Of a stretch of 64,000 bases of DNA, positions 60,306-64,000 are shown in pieces; the first letter of the stretch is position 1, and every line of letters starts with the position of its first letter. The notes beneath the pieces were generated by a model, which was given only the letters and a program-made list of their open reading frames with translations, searched no databases and was not told where the DNA came from. Made by a program: the position numbers and the translations under genes. Where the stretch lies: assembly GCF_018977255.1 (NCBI RefSeq), contig NW_024704759.1, forward strand, positions 7,316,001 to 7,380,000. Direction: 5' to 3'. This DNA is from Callorhinchus milii. Its lineage: Eukaryota.

Positions 60306-62254
60306 TGAAACCCTCATGAAAGATTTCACCAATCTCAATTACTGACATCAAAATCTAACATCCCTGCAAGACAGCAAAGTGAAGCATCTTATAAATGGGG
60401 ATGTGTTTTATAGATTGAACGACTGCGGTTGGGCGGTGGTTTCAATTAGAATCCTTTTTCCCACTTGTTGCCCCAAAATCTGAACTGTGGCTGCTAACTT
60501 CTCACGTGAATGATGAATCGAGGTAACCTTCTCAGTCTGTCACTGGGATTATTTAAATTCACAGCTTCCCACCAGTTATGTCATGTTCTATAACACTTGC
60601 ACATTTAATTATATCTATTTAGCAAATTGTCAAAACAGCGCACTTTTGCGTTGCTTTCAGTGTGGGCACCAACTATTGGGTTTATTTCCATTAGTTCAGC
60701 AGGGTGTTTATATACGGTGTCACACTTCAGAATACACACAGAGATTAACCTGGTCTGGTCCTCACAAACTAAGCTTTGAGCATTCAGGCAGTTGTATCTT
60801 TTAGAATGTATGCGTCTCACGATATAGAAACTATTGGTTACAGTAGATACTCATTCCTCCTACGTTATATTCAAAGGTTGATCAAGTTGTTGGTGACTGT
60901 TGGTTAGATAAACAAGCCTGCAGGTCGAGATAAATCTTTAATAATAATAATAATCCTTGCATTTGATGTAGCACTTTTCACGTCTTCTAGACGTCTCAGA
61001 GCGCTTCACAGAATAGACTGTAAAGTGAATTAACCGTATATTTGTGGGTGAATTTCATGTTTCTGATATCTTCCTGATCTGAAGCTGGGACGCCCTCCTG
61101 ACGTGAAAGGTGCTATACAAATGTAATTTTGTTGTTGTTGTCTACTTGGCCCAGTTACTTGCACTCTTACCCCTGGGTCTTACAGTCGGACTTTGGGGTC
61201 AATTCCACTTCCCTAGCCAGCAATCCCACAAATTAATTGGTCACTCACTTCAGAGCTGTTTGTGGAACATTGCTTGTGCAAAGTGGCTGCTGCATTTACC
61301 TACACAGTTCACAATTATATGGTCACTACTGTAGTAGTTTACACTTTACAGCAGTACCTGTGAAGTGTTTTGAGGCATTTGATGTTGTGGGTGCAATTAT
61401 GAAATGCACTAATGACTGTTAAATTTAGTACTGAATTGGGAGAGGTGAAGAAATACGGGAAAACCAAAACGTTGATTTACAATTGATCTTCGTTTACTTT
61501 AGAGCTTTCGAATAGTGAGCTCAATGCAAAGCCCAAAGTGAAAGCAAGTTTGGGATACACCCTCATGAACCAACATTACTTGTCTTTCTCCTGTGGACTA
61601 AACACAGCACATCTGCTCTTTTGGTTAACCCAGCTTTCCTGTTTTTTTTAAAAAAAAGTGCGGCTGAAATTGAATGTGTGAGTAAGAGCAGAGCGGATAC
61701 GAAACAAACATGCATGATCTCCACAGTTGCACCAGACTACAGTGTTGCTAAGGTATATAACACTTCACTCCCAGTTGCTAAGCAGATGACATTCTAATGA
61801 TTGTTTCACAGAATTATTTGGGCAGTGGCCAAAACACGATTTTCTTTTGCATTTCAGATTATTTTGATCCACCAAGTGTTGTCAACATGAGCCAGATATC
61901 ATCAGGCTCAATCTTAGACTCACATGTGGTTAGAGAAGTGGCTCAACGCAGAAATAAGACTTTAGGTCTCACTAATAAAGACAAAACGGTCCAGGTGGAG
62001 ATAACTCAAAGAGACTGCTCATCAGAACTGGTCCTCAGAATAATTAAGTGGAGATGCTTAGAATGTAGATACACAAGCCAGCACTTCACAATACATTACA
62101 AACTTTGAAAGTGAAGCTTTGAGCGTTGTCTTACATTGTCAAGATCCCAACCACTGTGCCCTTGCATTTAGATTGAGTACGTGCACCCATTATCGCAACA
62201 TCCAGAGGGTTCATCTGGGGGGTGGGGAAGGCAAGCAGGTTCTTGTTTGGGCTG

Positions 62255-62785
62255 AGCTGGCTCAAGATGATGTGCTTGGCAACCGAATGTCAGAGTCGAT
62301 CCTTTATGGTGGTCGCCATAGAGGGTTTCTCCTCCAGCCCCCGAACCCTCTTGTGCGGCGTTCCTCAGGGCTCTGACCTTGGTCCCCTCCTCTTCAATAT
62401 CTATATGCTCCCTTTTAGTGACATCATTCGCAGACATGGGGTCAACTTCCACATGTATGCAGATGATGTCCAACTGTACCTCTCTACCTCCACCCAGGAC
62501 CACTGCTGTTCTGACAGAATGTCTGTCAGACATCAAGACCTGGATGAGAGCTAACCTTATTCAGTTGAACATCAACAAGACCGAGGCCCTCCTGATTGGC
62601 TCCCTTCAGAGCCTCCTCACCTCAGGCCCTGACAGCATCACTGTTCATGGTTGCACACTCCACTTGCTAAGCCAATCCGGAAACTTGGGTTCCTGTTTGA
62701 CCCTCAACTATCCTTTTTACCCCACATCCGTGCCATGACCCGATCTGCCTTCCCCCACCTCCACAACATTGCCCCGCCTGGCCTT
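62255..62785 (+). mobile_element. L2 LINE reverse transcriptase fragment (frameshifted)
   Basis: GVPQGSDLGPLLFNIYML...HMYADDVQLYLS, then CLSDIKTWMRANLIQLNINKTEALLIG in another frame. Confidence 0.92.
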
Positions 62786-62799
62786 TACCCAAGACTCAG

Positions 62800-62900
62800 A
62801 TCTTGCTTAAGCAGTGACTAATACTTTCCAAAATTGGGTGTGCAGGGTGCATCCCTCCAGGAAGGGAGTGCCATTTCTTCCTGCATTCTCCAATCTATTC
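62800..62900 (+). repeat. Diverged fourth copy of the unidentified repeat
   Basis: cttgc...ctaatactttcc...cctccaggaagggagtgc...caatctat matches the middle of copies 2 and 3. Confidence 0.5.
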
Positions 62901-63299
62901 CACAAACACTAAGCTGTATCTAGAGAGCCATCAGAATCTGGGAAGGTGTTGCTCGGTAGGGTGGTCATTTATGAAGTAACTTGGCACTGATATGGGAAGA
63001 CAGTAAAGTGAGTTGCTACACTGGAAGGCTGAGACCAAATGAGCCAAAGTGCCTTCTTCATTTGAACTTCTCTTATTATTTTGTGTTGTTTCTGATCTCC
63101 TTGGCCATTATAGGAATGTGAGTTGGGACGTTTGGATTAAGAGGTAGAATTAGGTTAAAATACCATCAAGAAATAAAACCCACTTTGGCTCCTGAGGAGC
63201 TGTCCAGTGGGTTGCGACAAGTTATCAGACATCCAACTAAATAAATACAATAAGAAATCGGGGAAATAAAACTTGCACATTTGGAGATAGAAGGATAGA

Positions 63300-63510
63300 T
63301 TCATAGAAATTTACAGCATAGAAGGATGCCATTTGGCCCATCAAGTTTGCACCAGCTCACAGAGCTGCCCTGCATTATCATTGTAATCCTTTTTTCACCT
63401 ATCCATCCATGCATCCATCCATCTATCTGTCTATTTCTCACTTGAAACCCATAATGAGATGTGCCTCTACCACCTTACGTGGCAGGGTATTCAACATCCC
63501 AACTAGGCTC
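63300..63510 (-). mobile_element. CR1 3' end containing an (ATCC)n microsatellite
   Basis: catagaaatttacagcatagaaggatgccatttggccc...ctctaccacc...ggcagggtattc. Confidence 0.7.
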
Positions 63511-64000
63511 TTAAACATATTAATTCATTTTTAAATACATTGATAAAGTTCATTGATAAACATAAATGAGTGAAACAAAAATTCTCCTAAGCATGTACGC
63601 ACTAATCTCTCTTGCAAGCTGACAAATGGCTTTGGTTTTTGAGTCTCCTTGAAAGTGTAACCAAATTCATTCTTTAGATATGCACATAACCTATGTGCCT
63701 CTCTACAGCTGTAACCTTGTGCCTGTTACAGCAACGTGACAGCTCGATAGAAACCGGATATGTGATGGCTTTGTTCAAAAGGGAATGGAATAAATGGAAA
63801 GGCGCCTCGTGAATGGTGAATGGGGGAGGGGATGGGGAGAGAGAGTTAACGTATAAATAAATTATGCGAAAGCATAATAGATGCACTTTCCCACTGGTGA
63901 ATCCTGTGGCAACACATTTCATTACATAAATATACTCAATCTATATTAAGAAGGCCTAAAGGGATTGTAAGTCGGCACACAGGGATTTAGTAAATATAAT

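Noticed and set aside
63735-63795. GYVMALFKRE as possible KCC2 exon 2 (KNMALFEE)
   Set aside because: The upstream DGNPKESSPFIN is absent and there is no donor after MALF; a chance match.

Overview
Eukaryotic, AT-rich and repeat-dense DNA. It is most likely from a cartilaginous fish: the tRNA-Deu-L2 SINEs, SacSINE/AmnSINE-like SINEs, and CR1 and L2 LINEs fit a holocephalan such as the elephant shark. That assignment is inferred from repeat content only. The only host coding sequence I can support is a 52-nt first coding exon at 19478-19529 (+). It reads MMNNLNECEEGDGGTNQ-G|GTGAGT and matches the neuron-specific exon 1b of the K-Cl cotransporter KCC2 (SLC12A5; human MLNNLTDCEDGDGGANPG). I found neither exon 1a nor exon 2, so the rest appears to be upstream sequence and a first intron longer than 44 kb. 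Almost all ORFs in the supplied track are chance or transposon-derived. The most notable structural signals are: a solo LTR with a 4-bp TSD splitting a CR1; a multiply deleted CR1; an R4-type restriction-like endonuclease relic; an unidentified poly(A)-tailed repeat in 4 copies; a twin-priming-type inverted SINE; a SINE insertion carrying a 77-bp locally templated duplication; and several long hairpins. I see no prokaryotic system, CRISPR array or intact novel gene cluster. Repeat boundaries were read by eye and are approximate, and family names rest on recalled consensus sequences, not on a database search.
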